Source of the DNA: Phoronis australis
Lineage: Eukaryota > Animalia > Phoronida
Direction of reading: 5' to 3'
NCBI GenBank assembly: GCA_002633005.1
Contig: NMRA01000087.1
Span: 756,320-820,319, forward strand
Length of the DNA stretch: 64,000 bases
Shown: positions 50,001 to 61,433 of the stretch, piece by piece
Layout: each line of letters starts with the position of its first letter
Numbering within the stretch: position 1 is the first letter of the stretch
The notes under the pieces: generated by a model
What the model was told of the DNA's origin: nothing
Databases searched by the model: none
What the model saw: the letters and a program-made list of their open reading frames with translations, nothing else
Made by a program: the position numbers and the translations under genes

Positions 50001-53000
50001 TTGTAAGAAGGTAATCGGTCTTTCAGAAATACAAAAACAATTTTGGCAATTATTTTTTGCTAAATAATTGAAAAGTTACCATATGTAAATGAGATTAAAA
50101 TGAACATCAGTATGAGTAATGTAACATGAAGAAAGAGTGGCACAATGCAAATGGAGGGGTGGGTCCATTATCATGACGGGGGGGGGGGGGGCNGGGGGGC
50201 GCTGTATGTGGTCCTCTATTACAGCTGTTGAATAATGTCCAAGTCTAGGGTTTCAGACATTCTGGACCACTAATGGATATTAAAATTTCATCAACATGGC
50301 TTCTGGTGAAAATACTGTTGTGGGTACGATCCAACACAAAACTGAGGGAAAACGTGTGATGCAATATCTGTCAGAGTAATATGTTTTTGAACAATGTTAC
50401 TGTTGTTTCATAAAGTACGCGGGAGATTTATTATTTAATTTCTGGACGTGTCATGTACCATGGCATTGTAATAGTTATGTTTAAAGATAATGATGTTTGT
50501 TGATATTCCTTTCTGTTAACTTCTGCATACTTGCATTTGGTAGTAAAACCTGTGCCTGTCAAGGCTGGGACGAGACAAGGCGTGGCGCTTCGTTTTCTTT
50601 CGGCTGTTCATGGAGCATGTACTATAATGGATGCAAGTACGCCCGTAGTAGAACTGTACGCAAGTTCAAGCTCAAGGACACATCAGAGGTATCTTTTGTT
50701 TTTAGCTATATAAATTTTGTTGCTGCTTACAATTCTGCTGCTGAGTCTTGTGTCTTGTATGCTATTGACTAAATCTTGTGTGCTATTGGTTAAATAACCC
50801 CTATGATTCTGTGTTTTTTACCCACAATCCCGTTTTTTGTTGGGGCATTTTTCCTGTTTCAACATATTGCAAAAGTCTGTTGATATTCATCATTCTAATG
50901 CTAGTAAAGTTTTATTGTTACACCGGGATTTGCAGTGTTGATACCAAACAGTTAAAAAGCTGGCTGGAGCAACACTTTTGTTTTGTTGTTATAACACTCT
51001 TTTGTTGTTATAGTCTCAGCTTAGAAATATTAAGCTGACCAACCTTTTGAAACTAGGTCAACCACACAATGCGTTTTCTACCTCTGTTTCTTTATTTAAA
51101 TAAGCACAGTCCTAGAAATCGCTTTCGCTTTATATCCAGGTTCTCATTCATTCCATTGCATACATTCACGAGTAAGACTGAGCTTAGAGGAGTAGGGGAC
51201 ACCTTTGTGCAATGCTCGATTGTCTGCCAGTAAGACCAAGATTCAAACCTGTGTCTCCCAAACGGATGTCCGGAGCTTAAACCACTGAGTCACACAGTCT
51301 CCTTTACCTCTGTGAGAGAGGAGTGTTAGATTATTCAACAAAATTATTAGTGGCACTGGCTGCAGTCTCTGTCCCAATGCCTTAACAATTGTTGTACGAC
51401 CACCTTTAGGTAAATGTGGACCTGCCTGAAGACCTTTCATGTCTTAGAGGATATTAACTTTTTGACTGTCTTTAGATGAAAAATGACACTAGTAAAATAT
51501 ACAACCTCAAGTAACAGAGAGTGCCCTTTCTATTTATAGTATCATCATTTGCGTCGATATCAGCCATCCCAGTCCCATTGTAAAACAATACCTCCAGTCC
51601 TTATTTTTCACAGCCGATATCTCCGTTATTGGAGTGCAAATTAAGAAAATCTGAGATGAATTCTCTAAGCTACAGACCATAAAATAAGTGAAAATTATCT
51701 TGCGAATCTACCTACTCTCTAAAGAGAAATGAATGTTTATACCTGCTGAAGGCGTCAAAATCAAAACCAACTGAATTCGTCCCAAGTAATTCATGTATGC
51801 GCCATATAACACATTTTAAGAAATGTTATGGATATTAATAAGAAATTATTTGTAATAATAATTATAAAATTTTATATGATATTTGAATGTTGTGTTCTTG
51901 AAAAAATCCACATAGGTTACTTTAAAGGGGTTAACAAACATTTATGGTGTTGTCTTTTCTTAACTTGGATACAAATCCCTTATTATCTTGGAGAAACGGA
52001 AATTACTGTTCTCCTGGCCATTAGAAATGTGAGGGCAACATGCCCACATCTTAGTGCATCTGCACTCCCTCACATTTATCGATTGTTATGACCGCATTCA
52101 TTTGTGAGTCAATTATTGTCTTTTAACTACGGAAGTGAATGATTACACAACAATCCTTTTGCTTGGTACTTTACGTCACCTTTGTATTGTTGCCAGGTGA
52201 CAAGGAACAGTAATTAATGCTGAAAATGTATCTCCAAGATGACCAGAGACTTTTAGTAAAAATGACTGCAAAAACATGTTTTCCCCTTTAAGGGCCATGT
52301 AGGATCCTATAAAATGCCCAAATTTGTCTAACTTTGGTACACATCTCAGGAATGGCTTATTATGAAATTTTCAGGTACTCTGCGTTTTTGAGGTTTTGTC
52401 TTGAAAATTTATATCAAAGAAAATTCGGTCATGTTATGGATACTGTGGTCTTTGTGTGGTTGTTTGTACCTGTTTTTTGACGAATTTTTCTGGAGATCAC
52501 GTGATCCAATCCACTTCTGATTGGTATAAAGCCAAAATCAAATGCTGCAGGCTTTCCACTTCCAGAAAATATATCCATTTCTTGAGTTAAATTCCGTAGC
52601 TTAGCAGATTTTTGACTGAATGCACAGACTTGTCTTACTTAAACTCAGAAATTCCTGTTTGATATCGAAGATAAGTATAGTGGTTTGTGATGAAAACAAT
52701 AGCAGTAGTGTACCCATTTTCGATATCTTTTCACATCATTTCGTACTTCCATATGAATTCTGTGGTGTCTCTAGAAAAGCCTACTAAATGTATTAAAACA
52801 TGTTTTCCTGGACTTTAAAATGGTGTCTCCAAAGAGGAAATCGGTCAAGAGACTAAAATTTTACAAGTGATAGAAGACCACTCACTTGGTTTATGAAAGT
52901 GTGTACCACAATCGACACCCAATAACTCAACGTTTCCAAAAGCAAGTCTTTAGAAGTCACGATTTCCTGACAAATAGTAATTTAGTTAAACATGATGATG

Positions 53001-55326
53001 CATGCAGTGCAAGCTGTTTGCGTCTGAGATTTGAACAAAATTCATTATAACAGGTAAGAGCGTTTAATATTTGTTTATTCAACAAAAATCGTGAGGGTGT
53101 CGATCATGGTTATACTGTCGAATGTGAGTGCACTAATGAGAGCGGTTTTCTGCAATTTTTCAGTGGGCTGTCTAAAAGGGAACTTACTCTCTGCGTCTTG
53201 TCCTGTGTTGATAACTCAGTTTGTCAAAATTACCGTCACTTGATAATCGAACATGTCATTCGTCTAATACTAGGTTTATTGTTGGTCTTTCTACCTGCTC
53301 AGTGCTTAGGTTGGAATAGTCTTCCTTGGGAATCCCGTACCTTGTGGTCATTAACCTGAAGCAGAAGTGATGAACCGTGTTTGAAATTGTTTTTAAATCC
53401 AGGAAAGTAAACAATTGATTTATTCTATGTATGACTGTGCTCGTTGCAGGAACAGACCCTGGAGGAAAAACTTCAAGCCTTGGCCACGTACATTTCACCC
53501 TTGTATTCAAAAATTGCGCCGGACTCCTATGGGAACCAGGTAAGCATGCCTGTTGCTCACAATATCTTATGGGTTACGTCTTCATCCTATTCTCCAAGCA
53601 GATGCAAGAGATAAGATGTTTTCAAATGGGTGAAAATGTAAAGTGTTATTCTGGTGTTTTGACTGAGCAACAGGTTACATTTCTTGCATTACAACCAGTG
53701 TTTTGGGCCAAATGGTCAGCAGAAGGGTTATGTTAAGCATATTTACATCATACAAACAAACATTGCACTGGGAATTGCCCGCATTGATACGATTGATGTT
53801 ACATCTTGCAGGTGCGGTTTGAAAAGAATGCGCTAGAGTGTAGGCTCGGCAATAAGCCCGGTCGTCCATTCTGTGGAGTGACTGGCTGTTTTGACTTCTG
53901 TGCCCACAGCCATCGCGACGTTCATAATATGAATAATGGGTGCACTGTAGTAAGTATTGTGTTGTCAGTGTTAAACACGGTCATTATAGTAAGTACTGTG
54001 CTTAAGTCTTTTTCTTGAAATATCTACGTAACTAGCGACTGTCAATTCATAAAACTAGGAAACAAGACAAGTCTTTTTATGCCATTCACAGCACTGTGCC
54101 ATTCTCGTGGTCACGTGACCGTTCGTTTTAGGCAAAAATGTTTTGAAAGGTACATTGATAACATAGAAAGTTCTTACACCAGCATTTACCAAATTTTCTA
54201 TGTTAAAACTCCGGTAAATATGCTCGAAAACCGTGTCTGGGATTTTGCTTTGTTAGTGTCAATATTGGTAATGTTTTTTGTTCTTCAAATATGGGTACAC
54301 GTAACCTTAAGCAAGATACGGTCATCGAAGCCTTAAGTGATAGGAATGATTATTTTTTCCATTTCAGCTGGTTACACTGAATAAACATCGTCAATTTGAG
54401 AAGCCCGAGGATGAGCAGTTACACGTGCTACCCCTCTACAAGTTATCATCAACGGATGAGCTGGGCAGTGTTGATGGTCAGTCTGAAAAGATTCAAAGTG
54501 GTGCCCTAGAAGTCCTGGAACAGTTTCCCACTCGGATGCGGGTGCGTGCTACGGCAGTGACTCCCAAAAAGAAAAAAGGGAAAACTTCTGGAAAGAAAGG
54601 ATCGCCGGGTCGGGGGAAAAGTCCAAAGTTTGGAAATTTAGCTAGCCCCAGCCTCTTGAGGAGTCCTGGTGGTTTTACTTCTGATTCAGATGGCACTCCA
54701 ATCAAGCCGGAGCGCATAGAAGATTTTGCCCGTATGAGAATGATGGGTCTACTCAGTCCAGGGGCACAAGTGAAGGGGTCTTTCGGACATGGAACAAGGA
54801 TGGTATCTCCTGAGAGTCCGGGAGCCCGAACAAGGCTTCCGTTTGATAGGATGAGCCATCCCAGCTGGGCCCAGAGGACACCGGCCTCTAATCAGTTGCA
54901 CATGATGGCTAGCATGAAGTCACCACCACATTCAGAGAGACTGCAGGACAACCATCACATTTCTGCCGAAGCAAGTTTCAAGATTAATCCTGCCAAAAAT
55001 AACTGTGGTGAGAATGTGACACACTGTAAGCCATCCAGTGATGTAATTGAGCAGTCTCATCACAACCCTAGAATGCCATTTGGTCATAATAACCATCGCC
55101 CTCCAAGTAGTCCTCATCAGCCCTTCCATCCAGCCACCGAACAGAGACCTACTAACCCATCAGGAAGGTTCCCGTTTAGTCCAGTTGACACGCTTTCTCC
55201 TGGTCAGTCTGTTGTTGACTTTTCCATGAAGCCATCGCCAGTGTATCAGCCCAGCAGAATGACACTTGGTTCTGTTGAGAGACAGTCACCACTGAACCAC
55301 CAAAAGCCATTATATCCACTGCAGCT

Positions 55327-55418
<92 letters not shown>

Positions 55419-57697
55419 CTATAAACAAACCATTTTCTGTCGACAACCAGGCTTGCTCTGCCCAGCCACCTCGTGAGCTTCTTCCAACTAGGAATTTTGG
55501 GCAGTCACCATTATTTCATCCGGGATGGAAGCATTTTGGCCATACAGAGCGCCATTCACCTTCACACAGTGGAGATCATTTTGGTACTGCCAAGAAACTC
55601 TCAACGGCTGTTGGTGCTCAGAGAATGCCATTTCATCAACCAGAACGTCCTCTCAATCATCATTCTCCTGGTGTGTCCATGAACACTGGCAGCAGCCTCA
55701 GCAGTGAAGCACTCCCACCGTTTGCAGAACGTCCACCGAGCATAGACAGTATTCCAGGTGTAGGGCAAGCTCAAAGACATCATTCTCCGACTTTGCCGTC
55801 ACCTGCTGTAGATCATCCGCGTCAGAGATTACCATTGCCTTCTTTTCAGCCCAACAGAGACCAGTTCAATCCAGGAAGAATGCCTTTCAACTCCTTTGGC
55901 TCATATGTCAATCCAATTGGTGGGCAGGCTTTGGAACAGCAAAGACCACGATTACCATTCAATCCAGCTGAAAGGCGGTCAGTATCTGGTCATCTTCCTG
56001 GTGGAGCGCCAATCCACCAGCAAGGGCAGCATGAACAGAGGATGCCATTCAGTGCCAGTGAAAGACGAACGGCTTCTGGACATTTACCTGGTGGAGCCCC
56101 CATCCGTGAACAAGACAGCTTGTCCCAAGGTCAGATGCTTTTTAATACTGCTGAAAAAAGGTCAAGCTCAGGACATCTACCTGGTGGATTGCCCGTTAGC
56201 CAAACTGATAGACAATCACCAGTGCTACCGAGAATACCATGCAATCCAGCTGAAAGGAACTCTCCTTATGGCAATCTTGAAAGACCATCTCCCATGTTCT
56301 TCGCGAAAGCTGAACAGCAAGGCAAGTCTGGTTCACTACCTCCACAACAAGTGCCATTTCATCCAATTACTTCTCAAGGATCTCAGAATTTTGCCAACAA
56401 TGGTCACCAGCCGAATGGCATGTGGAGACCACCAACTTACCAGAGCATTTTTGGCAAGGGAGGGGTGCCCAGCTCTAAACCAGCAGCCCTGGGTAGCAGT
56501 AGAAGTGCGGAGGCAATTGAGGCAGAGTACGCGTGGAAGCTACCACCTCCACGCAATGACTTGTCAAAGCTCGAACAGTTTGTGAATTTCAATACACCTC
56601 AGGAGAATGACTTCAAGAAGCCTCTCCAGCCTGAATTATCTGTGATAAAAAGTGAGCCGTTCGAGGCTTGCATCAGGCGAGACGAACTCTTTCAGAAACA
56701 AGGTAACAACAGTAGCAGCTGCAGCAGCAGCAGCAATACTCCAGACATATCTGGTCATCAGATACCTACTCAGGTAGAGTTGCATTCCACTACTGATAAA
56801 CCTCCAAGTGCACCAGTTTCTGTGAGGGGTCCAATGGAAACAAAGCCTCATTTGCCGGTCATTTCATTACATGAACCAAGGCTGGGTTTAAATGTGTCGA
56901 ACTATCATCAAGACCAGGCACACGAATTCTTGAAGCCGGCTATTCCACCAAGAACTAGCTCTACTAATCTGGATACTCACTTTGCCATGTCCCCTCAGCA
57001 GCCCTCTTTTGGACTGGACCAGAATGCAATGCACGTAGCACATCCGCAGCATCAGCTAGTTGACAACACGAAGACGGAAAAATTTACTACTCCCAATCAC
57101 TTCATTCCGCGAGGTTTTCAAGGGAATGAGATGCAAACACCTAGTAGGGAATATCCTGTTGGTGCTGATGGCCGTCCTTTATACTACGAGTCTGACCCCC
57201 CTCCAAATGACAGCAGCTACGAATGCGTGGCTAGCAATGAGCACTTATTTCAGGATCCCAACATAGGTGGTGTTGCCATTGCCATCGGACATGGGTCAGT
57301 GCTGTTTGAGTGTGCGAAACGTGAACTGCATGCCACGACGGCGCTGAAGCGTCCGAATCGATTCAAACCAACACGCATAAGCCTGGTGTTCTACCAGCAC
57401 AAGCGCATGAACTTTCGCTACCATGGTCTCTTTGAGCATGAAAAGAAGATGGAACTACTGCGGCAGAAAAGGCTTCGTGCTCAAGCCATGGGTGAAGAAA
57501 TCGAGGAAAAGCCCTGGAAGAAAAAGAAAAAGAAGCTTGCGGAATCAGCTGTGGGCGCATTGAGGAAAATCCCTGATGTTCGAGACATGTGGGAGTGTCC
57601 GATTATGAGGAGTGTCACTGGTACATCGAACTCGGTAATCACTCGCTGGATGAGACCACAGCCCATCATCACTGGACCATACCAACAGTGGATGTAA
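25756..57697 (+). CDS. TET: TET methylcytosine dioxygenase with N-terminal CXXC finger, about 2362 aa; exons 25756..27144, 30772..30798, 44893..46468, 47422..47512, 48143..48236, 49620..49828, 50544..50688, 53450..53539, 53812..53949, 54368..57697
   Basis: All junctions are GT-AG and in phase (7089 nt in total). Motifs: CXXC finger (CGECPPC...CGECYPC...CKMRKC), Cys-rich region ([52 protein letters not shown]), Fe(II) HxD in [25 protein letters not shown], distal His and 2OG-binding Arg in [17 protein letters not shown] and [13 protein letters not shown]-terminal TGPYQQWM. Further small exons in the long introns cannot be excluded. Confidence 0.97.
25871..26067 (+). repeat. Coding CAG/CAA/CAT repeat (Gln/His tract in the TET N-terminus)
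   Basis: Mixed codon repeat ending in 21 consecutive Gln codons, the last 16 pure CAG (26020-26067). Confidence 0.95.
29208..29541. repeat. Inverted repeat or foldback MITE with about 88-nt arms (29208-29295 and 29454-29541)
   Basis: CTAGTAATAGACTAAATTT...AATTTCTCTTGTCAGCCATATTGTGTGCTAAATA pairs imperfectly with TATTTATCACATAGTATGGCTGACATGAGAAATT...AAATTTTAGTCAATTGCTAG. Confidence 0.8.
30772..30798 (+). CDS. TET: Candidate 27-nt TET microexon (ITESQQEKQ), phase 0-0
   Basis: TGTTGTTTGTTTCAG|ATTACCGAAAGCCAGCAAGAGAAACAG|GTAATG; stop-free and in phase with both flanking exons. Confidence 0.7.
34040..34169 (-). mobile_element. Repeat family B second fragment
   Basis: Reverse-complement match to 5631-5760, ending GTGTGAAAGGGCCT. 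Confidence 0.5.
36649..36716. repeat. 24-nt tandem repeat, about 3 copies
   Basis: AATGTGTCTTT(C/A)TTGGA occurs three times at 24-nt spacing. Confidence 0.8.
37492..37611. repeat. 14-nt tandem repeat GGGCACCTAGGAAA, about 8.6 copies
   Basis: Read directly; the first two units are GGGCGCC variants and the eighth is GGACACTT. Confidence 0.95.
42135..42372. mobile_element. MITE with perfect 5-bp TSD, nested in the 2.76-kb element
   Basis: Termini CAGAGGCGGGTCT ... AGATCTGACACTG; CCAAG at both 42130-42134 and 42373-42377. Confidence 0.75.
42396..42463. repeat. Degenerate 16-nt tandem repeats (CCGAAGGTTCACTACT-like)
   Basis: GAAGGTGCGTTACTCC GAAGGTTCACTACTCC GAAGGTTTGCCACCTTC GAAAGTTCACTGATTTC. 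Confidence 0.6.
44373..44384 (+). promoter_or_regulatory. CTCF-like core motif
   Basis: CCACTAGGTGGC fits the CTCF core CCASYAGRKGGC; motif match only. Confidence 0.3.
51140..51302 (-). mobile_element. tRNA-derived SINE relic
   Basis: The minus strand shows Pol III A box-like TGACTCAGTGG (51292-51282), B box-like GGTTTGAATC (51249-51240) and a short GAAT-type tail; no intact cloverleaf is evident. Confidence 0.6.
55328..55414 (+). repeat. Pure (CAG)29 coding polyQ inside the TET catalytic-domain insert
   Basis: 87 nt of uninterrupted CAG, in frame. Confidence 0.95.
55946..56290 (+). repeat. Coding tandem repeat, about 30-33 aa, 3.5 copies
   Basis: [22 protein letters not shown] / [22 protein letters not shown] / [22 protein letters not shown] / [16 protein letters not shown]. 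Confidence 0.9.
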
Positions 57698-60600
57698 AAA
57701 AGATTGACGGGCAGTTGTCTGCCATTCTTCAGTTACAAGACGGGGGTCAAGAGTGCTTTCAGATTTGATGTATTAACACCAGGTGGCTGTCACTTTGGTG
57801 TTTTTAGAACTGTGGTTGACATCAAATAAACAGGCATATATATTCACATGTAAGGTTATAGACAGTTTCATGGCAATGTTTCGCCAAACCCTCTGAGAGG
57901 TCATGACTTGCATGCCTTCAGGATGATAGACAACCTGTTGGATGTTCATTTTTTATCATTCAATGGAATGTAGGTATAAATAACAAATAGATAACAAATT
58001 GGAATGTGGTTTGAATAAGACTTTTACAATTCTACTTTACTTTATTCTAATTTAGGCACACACGGTATGTGAATGTTTGTTTATGTGTGCTTACAGTTGA
58101 AGAGGTTTTGGATCCATTGTCTATTCTCAGGCCTACGATCTCACATTTTGATATTTATGCTTCAGGTTCTAAATGCTCTGGGTCTTTGTTATTTATAATG
58201 GACTTAGTGTTGTTGAGTTGTTACTATACTGTATATAACAACTGTCATTCTTGGTTGATGTTTGTGATGTAACTTTTATTTTATGTAACTAGTTAATAAG
58301 CCTAAGAGTGTACTAAGGGTCTTCAAAGTTTTATATATTTGTATTTGCTAAAACTTAGTAGTAATTTTAATATGAAACGTGTGGTAATTGTAAATTATAA
58401 GTCATCGTATATTTAATGTGTATAGACTTTTTGGAAGAATTTAATTTTAATGGTGTGTATAGAAGTCTTAATTTTGTAAAGTTTAATCAATTTGAATGAC
58501 TTGTGAATAGTTGATGGTTCTGCGGACCAAAATTACATAGTTATGGTCTTGATGGTCCATTATTTTACATTTTAGCTAACTTATCATAGCTGTATTTTGA
58601 TGCATTTAGGAATGATGGTGCAAGTAGTTTTTAAACATCTGGAGTTCACAAAAATGTATTGATAACACGCACCATCCAGTTGGTTTTCCAATTTAATTGA
58701 CCTATCCACTGATTTTTTTGAGCATGTGTGCCTCTTATGGGAGTCTTTAACATCTAAATCAGGGAGCTCTGATATTCTGCTTTATTGTGCTTTGTGTTTA
58801 CATTTCGTGGCCAATTACAGCTCATATTCTGTGTCCCTTCATTTGTCAGTATTGAGATTTTCAGTAATTAATGTGCTCGGAAGTTATGTTTCTGTTTTAA
58901 TAAGGGCGCTGTTGCAACAAACTGCTCCCAGAACATCAAGACCGATTCAACATCTCAGTGATGTAAACTGGGGATTTGATAAAGTTCGACCAAAAACATG
59001 CCTCGAGTGCTTCACCATCGATGTTCTGTCATACTGTACAATGCTTAGTCTATTGTTTTTTTCTCACCTTTTCAAGATCATACTGAGAACTGCTGTGGTA
59101 TGGCAGTTCTAACCTGAGCTATGGAGGTGGCAGTATGGAAGATCTGGATCAGATTTATTTTTAAAATGCAAATATCTAAGACAGTCCTTACGAGTGCTAG
59201 ATAAATGATCCTCTTTTCGGTCTTGTCATATTGTCAGTACGATCTCTCGATAAGCCTACACGTTCTGCATTTCACAAATTTGCTCAACACTTCAATCAGT
59301 CGGTCATTTCTGTTGGGTTGGTAGTCACGCTTTGAGGAAGACATCATACCGGTTCTCAAATCTAGGGCCCGTGACTTGCCGCCATTGTTCCAACTGGAAT
59401 TAAGTTTCACTTTTTGTTTTATCTTATTTTCTTCACCAGAGCTTTTGCTTTTCAACCTTTTCTGTTTTGTTGGGTTTATATTAATACTGTTCATAATTTT
59501 TTGTTAAGTTCGTTTTTATGAAGGTTTGTTTTGTTGGCTGTAGATTTTTTGAGATTGCAGATAGTATGCCAAAATGCGCTGTTGATTATGTAAACTGTCA
59601 AAAGTGTAGTTTGTGAATTTTGTTGTACCTGTTTTATCTGTTAACTGGTTATAGATTAGTTTAACCTAAAAATATTCAAATCCTACATTTTTTCAAAAAA
59701 TTAACAACACTGATCTTGTTGCACTCTTTGTTGGTCGGGTATGTTAGTACATTTCTTTGCAGTTTACATAACTAATACTCAAAGTTGTACGAGGCACTTG
59801 TAGGAGCTGTAGATGATAAATGTGTGAATAAATGTTGATGAGCAAACCAAATGTGTTGTTTGTCTATAGCCTGCTGTTGATTGGAGCTTGTTATATTGAT
59901 TCTTATGCATTTATGGCTATTGAAATCCAAGTATAACATACTATAAAGCACAGAGAGGTCAACATAAATATATGTCAACTTTGCTTTATTTGTTCTACAG
60001 TTTACGACATGAAAAGGTAAAAACTGATTTTGAACGAAAAAACTCTTGGAATTATCTAGGAAAATTGTCCAAGTGATGAACTCTACCACAAACAGGCTTG
60101 TGTAGTAGAAATATTTTTCGTGTAGTAAAACTTAACTGAAATAAATGTTCTTGCATGAATAGATTGAAAATAATGATGAAAAAGACGTAAAAAGAGGAAA
60201 TCGAAACCAAAAAAGAGGAAATCTTAAAATGAGAAAATTCTAAGTCCTGCTACAAACACGTCCATCATACTGCCTGTCAAAAAATCTTTACCGACGACTC
60301 GACATGCTGCAAAATCAATGCAAGCCACCATGTGGGCATGGAAACCACTCTACACCACTTGCAATACAAAAATTTGATTTTTTTGATAAGTCACAGCCAT
60401 TCTTTGGAATAATGTGGCAAAAACATGTTCCCTGCTTTCAGAAGCTATTTTCATAGCTCGGAGTACGCAGCTTGTCTCCCTTTGCCATTTTGTCAACTGA
60501 ACGTATTTAGACGGAATCAAATGAAGTAAATCCACCAACCACAGAAGTCGTTGCTTTTTGTTCCGGCCAGTGATGATGAATATCAATAGAAGAAGCATCG

Positions 60601-60889
60601 TCGATTACCTTGCTATATATAGAATGAATTAGAGCAAGTTTTCAACTGCACGATTTTTAGTTAAAATAATATGAATACCATTTAAAAATCTTCCATTTTT
60701 ACTATTTGCTTATCACCAAGTGAGTAACAACTAAAGTAATCTGCTCGAATTTACATATTTTTGCCTGGTCTTGCGTACTACAAACCAAATTTCAGTACGA
60801 ATACGCATTTTTTGCGTATGATGCACAGGTCTGAAATAGCAATCCTACATTGCAACTGGAGTGTGGAGTGTGATCTCTACAATCATTTA

Positions 60890-61186
60890 CAGGGATATTC
60901 CTGACCAGATTTGAACCTGTGCCCTTAGGGTGCACCTGATGATAAAAAGTGTGGTTTTCTCGAAAATTTGTGCCCAGCAGACTTAGTGCAATCCAAGTGG
61001 TAACATATAAAAAAGAAACCCCAAAGGCAATCGAAATAAGAAGTCATGTTTTACCCGAATGACTGTAAGTTGACTAGAATCTTGCATTTTTGGAATAGTG
61101 TTGTGTTTTAAAAGATGTGCTGCAACACGCGCTTTTATATTTTTTATGTGCTAATGTTGCAAAGGCGCAGTCCAGGAATATCCCTG
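60890..61186. mobile_element. 297-bp MITE-like element with perfect 14-bp TIRs
   Basis: CAGGGATATTCCTG (60890-60903) and CAGGAATATCCCTG (61173-61186); no clean TSD (CATTTA versus AATTTA). Confidence 0.6.
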
Positions 61187-61433
61187 AATTTACTAGAATG
61201 TGACATCTTGCCACAATTAGTGATTCCCAAACACACAAGAAGAGACACTTATTACAGACTATTTATACGCTCGAGGCCAAGTTAAAACGCACCAGCACGC
61301 TTTTTCAAAAAAGAATCTCAACAAGATTTGCTCATTCACGTACGTGCTAATAGCCCAAAAATTGCATAGGTAAACGGTATTTCCACATGCTGTATTCCAA
61401 CCAAATAACAAACAAAAATTCACTAAAAATTCA

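Noticed and set aside
51240-51302. tRNA gene
   Set aside because: A and B boxes are present but degenerate, and no acceptor stem or cloverleaf is evident; called a SINE head instead.
55246-55446. Minus-strand poly-Cys ORF
   Set aside because: It is the antisense reading of (CAG)29, with no independent support.
55896-56585. 229-aa alternative-frame ORF inside the last TET exon
   Set aside because: It has a non-ATG annotated start and no recognisable domain; its openness is explained by the tandem coding repeat.
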